Part shown: piece by piece, positions 22,620 to 33,690 of the stretch
Layout: each line of letters opens with the position of its first letter
Numbering within the stretch: position 1 is the stretch's first letter
Source: Bilabrum cf. latius
Lineage: Eukaryota
Direction of reading: 5' to 3'
DNA length: 64,000 nucleotides
NCBI GenBank assembly: GCA_965178125.1
Contig: OZ237756.1
Coordinates: 496,001 to 560,000, forward strand
Translations under genes and position numbers: made by a program
The notes under the pieces: model-generated
Told to the model about the DNA's origin: nothing
Seen by the model: the letters and a program-made list of their open reading frames with translations, nothing else
Databases searched by the model: none

Positions 22620-23735
22620 TCAAAGTCCTTTCCGTTTCTTAAATAAAAACTTCACACTCACACTTCCGTGGCGTAAATAAAGAGGTCTTAGATTTGAATA
22701 ATTGTCTTTCCAATAAAGATTAAACTAAATCCTATCTACTGAATGTGTATCTAAAAAATCAATTTCGTGGAGAATATGGGGCTAATACTAAAGAACCTAC
22801 TAATTTACTGTTTCTGTATCATCTAATACACAATCCATATCCACTAATAAACTCTCGGTTCCTGAACCTGAATTTTGAACTGTATTAGTGGATTGTCCAT
22901 AGGCGGATTTCTAGGATATTGCCTCACTCCTCACTGGAAGACTTGAAGATGTGAAAACTATTCCGCGAAAAATCTAAAACTACACTAAACTCCCTCGTTC
23001 CTAGGTCATCATTAATCTGTAGTCTCCCGTTGGGTTTCCCTCGAAGTATGCCTAAGGTTCATATTTTCCAACAGAAGAGCCATCATCGAATAAAACATTG
23101 GTTCCTAGGGTTTTGAATAGAATACTGGCGTATAAGTCGTCATCTTGGATATCCATTCGTTCCATAGGAAAACCCGTCATCAGTTCGTTAAGGGCTTCAT
23201 TCAACACTAATTTAAATTTTTGTCCTGAGTTTTCCTCGTCGTAATCGGGATTTGCTACTAAACTGAACTTTCCATCTTTAAAGAGTAAAACCGGAACTGA
23301 TGTAATATCCGCTGATAAAGCATTCTATATGGTTTCGTTGAATAAATCAACAAAATGCTACACGGAATACATATAATAATAAGGAACAAACTACATAGGA
23401 TTGGAAAAAGATGGTTGGTTTTCCCCTGTTAACTAGGGTCTCCACTGAATGCTTGAGGTCCACAAACTTACTCCGTCTTCATCTGTAATGCTTATTCTAT
23501 ACACCGTTTGATTAGGATTTGAAGATGGATTTTTCACTTTATCGGTTTCTATGTGTGGAACCCATAAAGGTATTGAATTGGTGCTTATGGAAAACCGGAA
23601 TACTGACATCGTATAATCACCAACATCCTTATCTAATAATGGCTACTTGCGGGTTTCGCTATAGGTCGCTGGTTGGAAAGTATCTTCGTTATTTCGTATG
23701 TTTGCGGTAATGTAAAATCGGTCTGGAGAACTCAT
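22620..23735 (-). CDS. Virophage minor capsid (penton) protein (371 aa)
   Basis: N-terminal YSETRK(Q)PLL...YTMSVFRFSISTNSIPLWVP and C-terminal YWKD...SVKFLFKK, directly upstream of MCP. Missing from the ORF track because of TAGs. Confidence 0.88.
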
Positions 23736-23791
23736 TTTACTATAGACGTTTATAATTATGGGGTGGGTTTGATTACTTTTCTAAAGTATAA

Positions 23792-24283
23792 TTAAGATGG
23801 TGTAATAAGTGAACCTGACACTAAGGATTTCCAACTAGATGTAGAAGAACTGCCAATCGCCACATAGACATCGTTGTCGCTTCCATTATACACTAAAGCG
23901 CCCTTGAACTTTCGCTCTGCTGACGTATTAATAGGGGTAGAAGCGTCAGCCAATGTAGCTCCAGCAACCTCACTCAGCCCAACAACACCCTCTTGAGAAG
24001 TCTTGAATGAACCAACTAGTGAAATATCGCATCTTTCTCCTTCTTCGCTCATACTGAACTGACAACCAGCAGACGCTCCGTTTTTTCCAAACCGTAGAAC
24101 AGTTTCACCCCACTCCATATAAGGCTCTCCGTCTTTGAATTCAATACTTGGATTGCCTATGACTGCTCCCGTAGAGTTAGTAATTGCGGACACTTTAATT
24201 GCGTCGCTACTCACAACATTACACGTAATAGTTTGAGACATAAGGTCTAGACTGTTCTTAGATAGAAGATTTGAGACTGACAT
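23792..24283 (-). CDS. Virophage hypothetical protein, possibly virion-associated (163 aa)
   Basis: ATG to TAA ORF (MSVSNLLSKN...) in the structural gene cluster with an upstream TATA-like motif. Confidence 0.7.
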   Translation of the reverse strand: MSVSNLLSKNSLDLMSQTITCNVVSSDAIKVSAITNSTGAVIGNPSIEFKDGEPYMEWGETVLRFGKNGASAGCQFSMSEEGERCDISLVGSFKTSQEGVVGLSEVAGATLADASTPINTSAERKFKGALVYNGSDNDVYVAIGSSSTSSWKSLVSGSLITPS

Positions 24284-24348
24284 TTTATAGTATATCCACA
24301 GATATAATTTTTATCAGGTTGCCAAAAGATGTATATAAGAGGTTTTGG

Positions 24349-25530
24349 TCAATCTTTTCCTAAAAGATGTAATAGTTCCATAGCAACCTAATGATGAATA
24401 TTTTTAGTGCTTCCTTTTACTTTCTTGGCTACATTCATTGCTGTATCATAGATAATTCTTTTTCCACCTGTTAATCCTTTCCCCTTTTTTGGTTTTCCAC
24501 TTTCTTCTACAGTCATTGCGCGTGATGGTGGGTCTTCTAAATCAGGCTACTACATTCCATAGGGCGGACTAAACCCCGTAAATCGCTACACAGGTCTAGT
24601 AGCACGTTTTCCAATTCCCTGCTCAATTTCCATCCTACTCGGCATATCATAGTACTCACCAGTTTCTGGGTCCCACGCCCCCGGAGTGCTTCCTTGCGGT
24701 AGTGGTCTTTCATTGCTCGCTGCGGCTAATATGGCATCTAAGTCTTTTGATGTTTTTGACGCATTACTACTTGAACCCTCTTGAAAATGCTAAAACATAT
24801 TTGTCTGCCCCTGTGATGTTCTTTGTGAGAAATTCTTTCCCTATTCTAAATCCCACGCTATTCGTTGTTTTTCAGTTAAGGGTCTGTCTTGTTGTATTCT
24901 TTCTCTGGCTCTTTCCAATAACTATTTATACGCACCCGAAGACCTTTTTGGAAGCTGTACTTGTGTTGGAGCGGAAAACGTGTTTCTTCTTGTTGTTCGA
25001 GCAGGTGTTTGTAAAGATGTTGGCTACTAATCAATTCCCAACATTCCCTACGGTATTCGTTGTCCGGATGCCTCCTATATAACTTTCCCTAATTCTAAGA
25101 GTTGTTTTCTATCCTCAGCTGGAACTCTCTGCAGTCCTTCGTATCCTTTCCTTTGAAACCTCTCTATGTTAACGTATTGACGGGCGAGTTGTTGCTTCAT
25201 TTGTGGAGACATATTGATATTACCAACAAAATCCTTCAATGCTTTCACTGCTGGACTTACATTTTTACCCTCAATAATACCTTTCATTATACCAGATATT
25301 GACTTAGATATGATTTCCTCGTTGCTTTGGTCTGCCTATTTTCTCTACGCTGGAGTTCCATACCTTCCACTTTCTTTTAATCGTTCAATTTTTGCCCTTT
25401 TCCTTATAAAATCACTATATTCTGTTTCTAAATCTACGTCGTCCCTTGCCTGTAAATCTAACATTTTAGCATTGTCCAGTTCCCTTTCTAGGGCTTGCTG
25501 AATAAGAGCATTCACTTTAGCAGTTTTCAT
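24349..25530 (-). CDS. Virophage hypothetical protein, putative core protein (393 aa)
   Basis: Single frame through many TAGs to TGA 24349. Contains KKGKGLTGGK, which is shared with the MCP tail. Confidence 0.75.
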
Positions 25531-25595
25531 TTACTATAAGCTTTTATAAAAAGCTTGACCAAAAAATAAAAAATAAAGTGTTTGTGTATAGTATA

Positions 25596-25835
25596 ATGGA
25601 TATTGATAAGTGGATTATATAGAGAACCAAACAACTCGCGCTATAGAAAGAACAAGACGCTTTAAATAGAGTTAAAAACCATCATATTAAAGTTGGAAAA
25701 GGCCGTAGTAAGCCTAAGCGGAAAGTGAGCGCCAAAATGAAACGCCGCAATAAACTTGTAAAAATGGTGATGTAGTAGACTGGTATGAGTTTACCTCAAG
25801 CAAGTCGGTATATAAGAGAATAGAATATTATTTAA
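25596..25835 (+). CDS. Small basic virophage protein (79 aa)
   Basis: RRNKLVKMVM(Q)(Q)TGMSLPQASRYIRE(Q)N resembles a short helical motif I recognise from virophage proteins. Stop is TAA. Confidence 0.7.
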
Positions 25836-25864
25836 AGAAACTTTTATAACAAGTTTGACCAAAA

Positions 25865-26767
25865 TTATAGAAGGTAAGCCTACCTTTCTCCAATTAAATA
25901 CCTCGGGTAATTCCTATGAACACAAACCCACCGAGAAGGCATTTTTAGGACTTTAGAGATTTCTTGTTTCTCAAGTCCAATATAATTTTTTAGTAAATAC
26001 CTTAGAGAATGTGCGGAAGAACACTAAGGGAATATAACGAACTTATGACTTTCCGCAAGAATAATACGGGTACTTTTATAGTTGGTGGATAAATGACTTG
26101 TGATTAATACTGAAGTATTTGAGTGGCGACCAACCTATAATATTTCATCCTGTAAATGATTGAGGGCTTCCCTTAACTTCTTATCTTTGATTGTATCAAT
26201 ATCATCCAAGATTACTAAGGCGTCCCTTAATTCCTAATGAATATCAATCGGGTTCTCCACCAGTTCCTCATTTAAAATAATCCTTTTCAGTCCTTTCACT
26301 TCATCTAAGACTTTATCCTACTATACTCGTGAAAATAAAATAATTCTCCTGTTTGGAAACATTCTATGATAATTCTTAGCATACTTGGAAACCCAAGTAG
26401 ACTTCCCAGCACCTGATGGTGCGGTGATATATATTACCTCTCTTCCGTTTAAATTTGGTAATGATTGGAATTCACCCTATTTTAATGTAATCTCTTTATG
26501 TTTCTTTTCCTATGCTTTTTCATACAAGTATTTGATGTCTTCGTCTAGGGGTTCGACCTGTTTGATTAAGTGTCGTGCTAATAAATCCATTTTCCTCTGC
26601 GGAAATCGTTTCCCTGTAAGTGATGATACTTGAAAATCCTAAAATGACATACTATCATCTCCAAATTGGTTGTCTGTGTTTTCCGCCGTGTATAAAATAC
26701 GTTTTCCGTGAGTGTCATATGCGATGGGTGTTGATTTTGTAGTTTCCTTCCAAGAAAAATGAGCCAT
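25865..26767 (-). CDS. FtsK/HerA-type genome packaging ATPase (300 aa)
   Basis: Walker A APSGAGKS, Walker B LVILDDID, then L(Q)VGRH, ITSH and SRWVCV. Stop is TAA. Confidence 0.92.
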
Positions 26768-26850
26768 TTTAGTGTATTTACTATATGTTTTTATTTTTTC
26801 TAAAGTGTTTTGTCTTTTTGTTGAAAACTTATTTTGAATGATTGTCTTTT

Positions 26851-27212
26851 TAATGCTAACGCCGAATGGGGTTCGGGGTTGATGTGGCGATGCGTTCGAG
26901 ACTCGAACACAGGCTCCGGTCTACCAACGCGAGGTTGCAACCGCCAGTGCGACCAGCAGCTTGCGAGGCATTCCCTCGTCTCCTTCCTTAGGGAAGGGGG
27001 CGGGGCAGCGCGGCAGTGGCCGTTCCGGCTCATGCCGTTGTTTTGTCCCACCCTCCTCTCCCTGGTTTGGCTGATAGTGGAGCGGACGCGCAACCGACGG
27101 TTCTGGTGCTTTCCAACCGACGTCGGCGCGCGGTCTGCTCAGATTGGCCATGCTTTGCCCATGTCTTGATTGAACTGGAGACGAAGTGTGTCGAGTAAGC
27201 ATCGTTGCATCA
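26851..27212. mobile_element. GC-rich 362-bp secondary insertion (long copy) between the ATPase and protease genes
   Basis: Same arms as 12989-13243 plus a 119-bp hairpin-forming centre. AATGCTA occurs at both junctions. Confidence 0.8.
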
Positions 27213-27318
27213 ATGCTATCCACAAATTCCAAAACGGATTTTGTAGAAATACTTCTACGCTTAAATAGTGGTTAAGAGAATTCATCTCCCCCAATATATG
27301 TTTCTATAATAAATATAT

Positions 27319-27855
27319 ATGGATTATGCTCTTAGCGATAGTGATATTCGTGTTCTCCTCCAAACTCCACCAAATATTAAGGGGTTTCTTCCTACGTCGG
27401 TAAACATCGTTCCATATACAGAATTAGGATAGTACAATAGTATTGATGGATTATTTAGTCGTTGTAATTGTTGTATCATTCTATACCAAGAAGAAATAAA
27501 TTCTGGACACTGGGTGTGCTTATTTAAGCGTAATAAAACAATATACTTCTTTGACAGTTATGGAATTCGTCCTGATAGGCAATAGCACACAATGAGTGAA
27601 AGCGTGCGGAAACGTTTTTATGAAGACCCTGAGTTAATATATTTAATGTATCATTCTCCGTATAAGATTGACTATAACCCATATTAGTTTTAGGCGGATG
27701 GAATGGATATAGCAACCTGCGGGAGACATTGTATAGTTCGTCTTTGGAATAGGGGAAAAAACGCTGATTAGTATAAAAAGTGGGTGGATAAGGTTTGTAA
27801 GAAACATACATTAAATCCTGATGAATTAGTGTATTTATTGACGTGTCATTTATGA
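27319..27855 (+). CDS. Adenain/Ulp1-like capsid maturation cysteine protease (178 aa)
   Basis: GHWVCL (His), YFFDSYG (Asp) and Y(Q)F(Q)ADGMDIATCGRHC (oxyanion Gln and Cys). Stop is TGA. Confidence 0.92.
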
Positions 27856-28134
27856 ACTCCAAAGGTAAAAATGTGAGAAGAACTTTGGGGTTCTTGGTTT
27901 TACTTCGATACCGTGTCGTTTGAAGTATCTAAATTGGCGGTCCGTATCTAAATGATTTAAATGGCTGTAATACCCTATTCTATCGTAAAATTGCTAATAC
28001 CGCCTATCACCAAACGATGTAATATATTCATCATTTTCGTCAAAAACATCATACTTCTTATTCTTGCGTCTTGAGGGTGCTTTAAATAGAAAATTCTCAA
28101 CAACCTTTTCAAAATCGTAGGTATGTAGCTTCAT
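27850..28134 (-). CDS. Small viral protein, DUF5754-like (94 aa)
   Basis: SRRKNKKYDV...FGDRRY(Q)QFYD...HLD..R..YFKRH...PKFFSHFYLW resembles a motif common in giant viruses and virophages. The family name is from memory. Confidence 0.7.
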
Positions 28135-28518
28135 AAGTACTTTATAGTATAGTCTTCTACTTATATCAAAGCCCGAGCTTCTTGTATTCCTTTAGTTTTT
28201 CGTGTAATTTTTTCCAAATACGTGGATTAATTTGCTTGACAATATGCTCTATCATCAACTCCTTTAAAAATGGGTTCATTTACTATAGTGATATAGAATG
28301 GTCTTAATTATCATCTCTTGGGAAATCCTTGGAAAATTAATTTTAATATTCTATAATTTGTTTTTTATTTTCCTTTTAATTTTTATGGTGGCATCATAGG
28401 AATTACAACATTTATTTTTAATCTTTGAAAAAGATATCAAAAGAGCGGAGGGCAAAGCCCGAGCATCTTGGGAAATTAATTTTAATATTTCTTTGTATCC
28501 TATATTGTCAAAATTTTT

Positions 28519-29473
28519 CAATCAATTTTTGTGTTTTTAATTGGAAAACAATTATAATTTGTTTTTTATTTTCCTTTTAATTTTTATGGTGGCATCATAG
28601 GAATTACAACATTTAATTTTAATAGGGAACTTAATTTATTTTTTCTAAGTCTCTTATAATTGACCTGTAAAATTGACAAGTTTTTTGGGGACTTTTCGAA
28701 AGGGACTTAAAATACGTTTTCGTTTTCCTTTTAATTTTTATGGTGGCATCATAGGAATTACAACATTTAATTTTAATTGGAAAATATATTTATTCTTTCT
28801 AAGTCTCTTAAAATTGACCTGTAAAATCTCTCAATTTTTGGGGGACTTTTCCAAAGGGACTTAAAATACGTTTTCGTTTTCCTTATAATGTATCATCTCT
28901 TGGGTAATCGGTTTGGTTGCTTCGGAGAACAATTTAGTCGCTTGGGAAATCCTTGGGAAATCCTTGGGAAATCCTTGGGAAATCCTTGGGAAATCCTTGG
29001 TCGGTTCATCGGTCGGTTCATCGGTCGGTTTATCGGTTTGTCGCTTGGGAACATACCTCGGTCTCTTGATAAAATACCTTGTTCTCTTGGGGAAATCCTC
29101 GGTTGGTCTCTTGGTCTCTTGGGAATTCATCCTTCCGTTCCTACAGCAAACACAGAGATATTTTGGACACTTGGTTAATTTCTTCATTTTTTCCTACTTT
29201 ACTAAAACATCTCTGTCTTTGCTGTTAGAGTTTATAAGGGGGTTAAATATTAGAATTCTTCAATTTACCCCTACTTCGTAGGAGTAAATTTTATATCTGA
29301 AAATGGGTACATAGAGGGGTTCTATAGGGGTTCTTGGGGAACCCCCTGTGAAATCATTTAGGTTTATAGGGGAAACACTTGAGTTGCTAAATATGCCTTT
29401 AAAGGAGGGGCGAGCGTAGCGTAGCCCTCGTCCTAAACGCTTGGTGTACCTACCACCACCTGTTGTCCCCCCC
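28519..29473 (-). repeat. Right terminal inverted repeat (955 bp)
   Basis: Inverted match to 12181-13391. Ends in TGTTGTCCCCCCC followed by the ACAGC duplication. Confidence 0.95.
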
Positions 29474-29671
29474 ACAGCATACTAGTCCTGGTGCCAGGCG
29501 CTGTCCGCTAGACCTGACAGGTGGTGGTTTGAGCTAGCGCCCGAGCCAGGCTGACCGCTACAAGAGGAGGAACTGGAATTTGCGTCTGGAGGGAGTTGTG
29601 GGAGGGAGAGAAAAGCAAGGAAGAGGAACCCATCCGGAATGCGGAGGGAGGCAGGGGCCATCGGTGACACA

Positions 29672-30941
29672 TCACGATGTACCGCCACCAGCTCCGCTGC
29701 TGGCAGCACCACTGCCATCTTCGTGACCTAACGCTTCTGCCACCTCAGCATCAGCGGCCCCTCCTTGAGCTGGTCCGCCCTCTCCGCTTCCACCTTGCTC
29801 TTCTAGGCTGAGGTCAGCAGCGTCCAAGGCGGGTGCATCGCTGGCATTGCTGGCATTGCTGGCATTGCTGGCATCGCTGGCATCGCTGGTCTCTGTGGCG
29901 ACGCTTTCTCTGCGCTGTTCGAGCGCACGGCGGCAGTCGTCAAGGAGCCGATCCATCACACGGCACATGGCGCCATACGCGGACGCATCACCACCCGCGA
30001 GCTCTTCGAAGCCGTCGGGCAGGAACGACTCGGGGTCCTTCAGAATGTGACCCAAGGCCGTATCAGTGTGCCGTGCGTCGATCATGATATCTAACCCGCT
30101 TGATAGCGCCCAATGAAGCGCCTCCGTCCGACCTTCGTGCGCCGGCGCGGGCAGGCCTGGTAGGACCATGTGCTGGAACCACTCGAACCTCCTCCGAACA
30201 GGGAAGACAGCGGGGGTGTGGCTGGCTTCGACCGCGGCCATGAGGGCCCGAGCTCGCGGGAGGCAGACGGAGCTCGGCTCGTCTTGTTCTTCTGACTCCT
30301 TGTCACCGTCTGGATTGTCGTAGGCTGCGGCTTCTTCGACCATGGCCTTCACTTCGTCGTAGTCTCTGAGAAGAGTGGCCACATCTTGTTCGGCTCTAGT
30401 CCACGCTGCGAATCGAGTACACAAGGTCAATGGGTATTTCCGGTGTAAAACGGTTGCCGAAATACTTTGGTCACAAACAAGCGCGGCATCGCGCAAAATG
30501 CAAGCACTTACGCTCCACGGACAATTCAGAGGCTCCATCATCCGGGGCAACTGACCGATACAGCTCCGCAGCTTTGTCTGGCGCATCTACCGGCACTTCC
30601 ACCTGGTACTGACGAGGCTCGCCGATGGCAGGGTTCTTCGCAGGGGCATCAAGGCGGTAGTACTGCGCGCCATCAGCGGCAGTTTTCACAGCGAGACGGC
30701 AGACATCCAGGTTCAGGTCAGGAAGCACGCGGATGAAGTCATCCGCTGTCATTTCCTTGATCAACGACAAGACGTGGGATTCCTCAGGCGGGTCCATCAT
30801 TTGCATTGCTGAAGATCTGGTAGCATCCAGAACCTGCTGTTCGTTGCGATGCGACCGCAGGCTGCTCTTGCTCCGACCTCCCCTTTCCCTGGCGAATACC
30901 GCAGTGGTAAAGCATACGAATGCGACTTTCAAGACTAGCAT
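29672..30941 (-). CDS. Hypothetical host protein; exon structure uncertain
   Basis: Overlapping long ORFs (30471-31109 and 29672-30586) with host-like codon use. Ends at TGA 29672. Confidence 0.45.
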
Positions 30942-31187
30942 GTCTACCTGCTCCGTTGGTGGGCTTGCTTTGGCGGATGGTGTGGTCCGAGAATGGTGAC
31001 CAAACCGGAAACAGGGTCCATTCCGTTGCGGTCGACAATCGGCAATCGTGTGTGCAGCAGGCATCATGTAGCAGGACCACCAGGATGCATTGGCCTTAGA
31101 TGCAGCCAAGCGGCTATCATATCTTCATGAAGTGATTCATAGACCGGTGGGTAGGCTGATAAGTGGCCTATGTCAGGATACACCGTC

Positions 31188-32438
31188 ATGGGTAAGGCGA
31201 GGCGCTTAGTGCTCATTTCAAGGTGCACACAATTTCTTCGTCAAATTTCAGAGATTTGCACAGTTGTGATATAGCAGTTGAGGCGAAACTTGATGTACGA
31301 TACGCCAGAAGGTCACATTGCTGAAACGATTCGAGCTTTGACAATACATGGTGGCTAGCTCGAGCCATCTAATCCGGTGAGCGAGCCGAGAGCTTCGTTG
31401 CAGCATTGATACATTCAATTTGCTTGTTTAGACACAGCTATGCACCGCGAATTGTTGCGCAGGGCTTGCTCCCTGATCCGGGCGATCAAGCTGCCATCGA
31501 TTGGACAGACAGCTATGGCGATTGTATAACACAGCGCATGAACTTGAAAAACACGGAATCACTTGTTTTGCTAGAGAACCTGCTGTTTGTCAGGGAGCAT
31601 GGACTGCACAGCTGGAAGCTGGTGAGGTAGGTTATGGCAATCCCTATTCTTCGTACATGAATCCATTTGACCGATAATATGACGGTATTACTCTTCTATT
31701 CGGTTGCAGCCATACGTGCATGATGTAATAGTGCAAACAGCAATGAAGACTGGCAGGTTTACAAGCCTTGTTGTGTTGCTGCACGCGAATGTGAGCCTTC
31801 GGCTGATGAGACCAGGCATCAACGGGAGAAAATACCTACATTACTTCCGAGGGGTATTTCTGTATAGCTCGTATGTATCGAAAAGAGCGGCGGTATTGAC
31901 CGATGAGGAGACAAAGTTCATCAAGGAGACTCGACTACGAATCGGCTACGAAGACCGCGAGGCCTGGCTTCGCTCGATCTTCTCCGAGCTGCCGAGTCGA
32001 GAGCACAAGCTGAAAGGCGTGCAGTACTACAACCCATTCAGGAAGCGCATGCGACACATGCTCCACTGGCGAAGGGCAGTGGAGGCCGGGAGAGACGCGG
32101 GCATGGTGTTCTAGGCAGCTGCAGAGGGCAGGCCCATGGAGCTGGCCAGGAGGCTGAGGCTAGGCAAGCTCAGGGGCGGGCACACCAGGCTGGGAGAGGT
32201 TGTAATTGGAGGTGTTGTGCAAGGAGGATACAATGCGCTGACAGCGGCATGCGCTGGTGGGCACGGGGCCTGCGTGCGTGTGCTTGCCGACGGGCTGCTG
32301 GATGCAGACGAGTACGTGAAGGGTCGGGATGGTGGTGGGAGGGGCTGCTGGGAGGTGGCTGTGGGGGATGCGGTGGATGTACTGTAGGAGATCCGTGAGG
32401 ATCCGTGGATGCTATGCGGGGACTTAACGGGAGTGTGA
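31188..32438 (+). CDS. Member of the repeated host family with C-terminal YYNPFRK..RRDAGMVF(Q)AAAEGRPMEL ankyrin-like module
   Basis: 3' region is near-identical to the corresponding blocks near 60000-60420 and 63630-64000. TAGs are in frame and the stop is TGA 32438. The 5' exons are uncertain. Confidence 0.6.
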
Positions 32439-32620
32439 TGTGCACACGAGGCAGCTGATGAATACAGTAGCCACAGCCCGTTGGTAGGTTCCGTAGGTTC
32501 CGTTGGCGCCGCGGCTGCAAAGACGTAGAAGAGCAGGTTGAGTGCCAGAGTAGGATTCCTACAACTTAATATTCAAAACCAGCGATGAATACCGATTCCA
32601 TCCCGACACACAATTCCCGA

Positions 32621-33690
32621 TCACGACCGGAGAGCTGCCAGGCGAGCCGCCAAACTAGAGGCCACGCTGCCCCCACCTGACCCACCCGACGCTGCTCCTC
32701 CCCCAGCACCTCCACCGGCACCACCTGCGGACGACCCCCCTTCATCCCCTCCCCCTGACGGTGGTTTCGGGGGTCCTCCGGCTGCGACCGGCATGGCCGC
32801 GGCGGGATCTGCGGCGGCGGGGGCAGCAGTCCCAACGGCACCAGGAACGGCCATGCCCGCGAATTCGTCCTTCAGTGCCAGATCGTTCTCCGCCGCGACT
32901 TGCTGGATGAGCCCGTGGACCTCATCCTCCGGCGTGCTCGTCGCGGCGCTCCCCGCCATGGCCGATTCCATGTAGGAGGAGCGCACGTCCAAATCGTCGA
33001 ACTGCTCCTCGAACTTTTCCATCGTCTTGGAGATGCTGGAGGGGTCCATTGTCTGCATCAAATAAAGACAAGAAGAATGGACATACTAACATATCGTCGG
33101 AGAGGCAGGGTATAGCAAGCTGAGCAGTCTTGACGCGGACACTGTCCGACTGCGCAAATACTCACCGTCAACACGGTATCCATGCCCTTTGTCACGCTTT
33201 GCATCGCCTTGGTGATTGCATTCATTCTGAGAGCCTAATCCACTCTTGAGGCCACAGCTTCTATTCTCGATGCCATACGGATCATGTCTAGTGACTGGTT
33301 CTTTGCTCGAATCGCGTTCATGGCATGAATCTTGGCTACCTCCGGTCGCCCTTTCTTGATGGCATCTGCTACCTTCTTTTCCTCCTTCTTCTAGTCTTTA
33401 GAGAGCTTCTTGCTCTGGCGTTGCATCTGCGGTCTTTGTGGCACGAATCCAGGCAAGAGTATCGCTATGCAGAGACGCTCGACATAGCCTAATCCAACCC
33501 AATGCGTGGTATGATTAATACACCTTACGGATTTTGCGGTAAATTTCATGTTGAAAAGCGTTGCTGCGGTAAGACCCGAGGGGTGCAAAGCGAACACAGC
33601 TGGCATACCGTCGCAGAGGAGCGAAAGTAGGTCCGTCGCGCGAGAACAAGCACCATTTATCATAATATAGACCAATAGCTTACTTTCCAT
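32621..33690 (-). CDS. CHMP1: ESCRT-III subunit CHMP1/Did2
   Basis: Spliced METTLFNMKFTAKS/MQRQSKK...AKIHAMNAIRAKNQSLDMIRMASRIEAVASRV...MEKFEEQFDDLDV, with C-terminal MIM LAARLAALRS. Two in-frame TAGs. Confidence 0.92.

Larger units (their letters stand above)
12181..29473. mobile_element. Endogenous mavirus-like virophage (provirophage), ~17.3 kb
   Basis: Abrupt AT-rich block with TIRs at both ends and TSD ACAGC at 12176-12180 and 29474-29478. Encodes MCP, penton, packaging ATPase, cysteine protease, rve integrase, SF3 helicase and pPolB. Confidence 0.95.

Noticed and set aside
26851-27212. tRNA (e.g. suppressor tRNA-Gln CUA), hammerhead ribozyme or protein-coding gene in the GC-rich cassette
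   Set aside because: GTTCGAG resembles a T-loop, but I could not build a cloverleaf or find a CUGANGA/GAAA core, and the ORFs have no recognisable motifs.
28166-28279. 37-aa minus-strand ORF near the right TIR
   Set aside because: It has a TATAG upstream motif but is too short and featureless to support.
12181-29473. Element is a decayed pseudogenised virus or a victim of C-to-T hypermutation
   Set aside because: Interruptions are almost exclusively TAG. Abundant CAA and CGA codons have not become TAA or TGA, catalytic motifs are intact, the TIRs are nearly identical, and host housekeeping genes show the same TAG usage.
12181-29473. Classical Maverick/Polinton transposon
   Set aside because: It shares integrase and pPolB with Polintons, but the MCP, penton and ATPase motifs look virophage-type and an SF3 helicase is present as in mavirus. 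A phylogeny is still needed.
12181-29473. Contaminant or chimeric join
   Set aside because: Matching 5-bp TSD, paired TIRs and a genetic code shared with the flanks argue for true integration.
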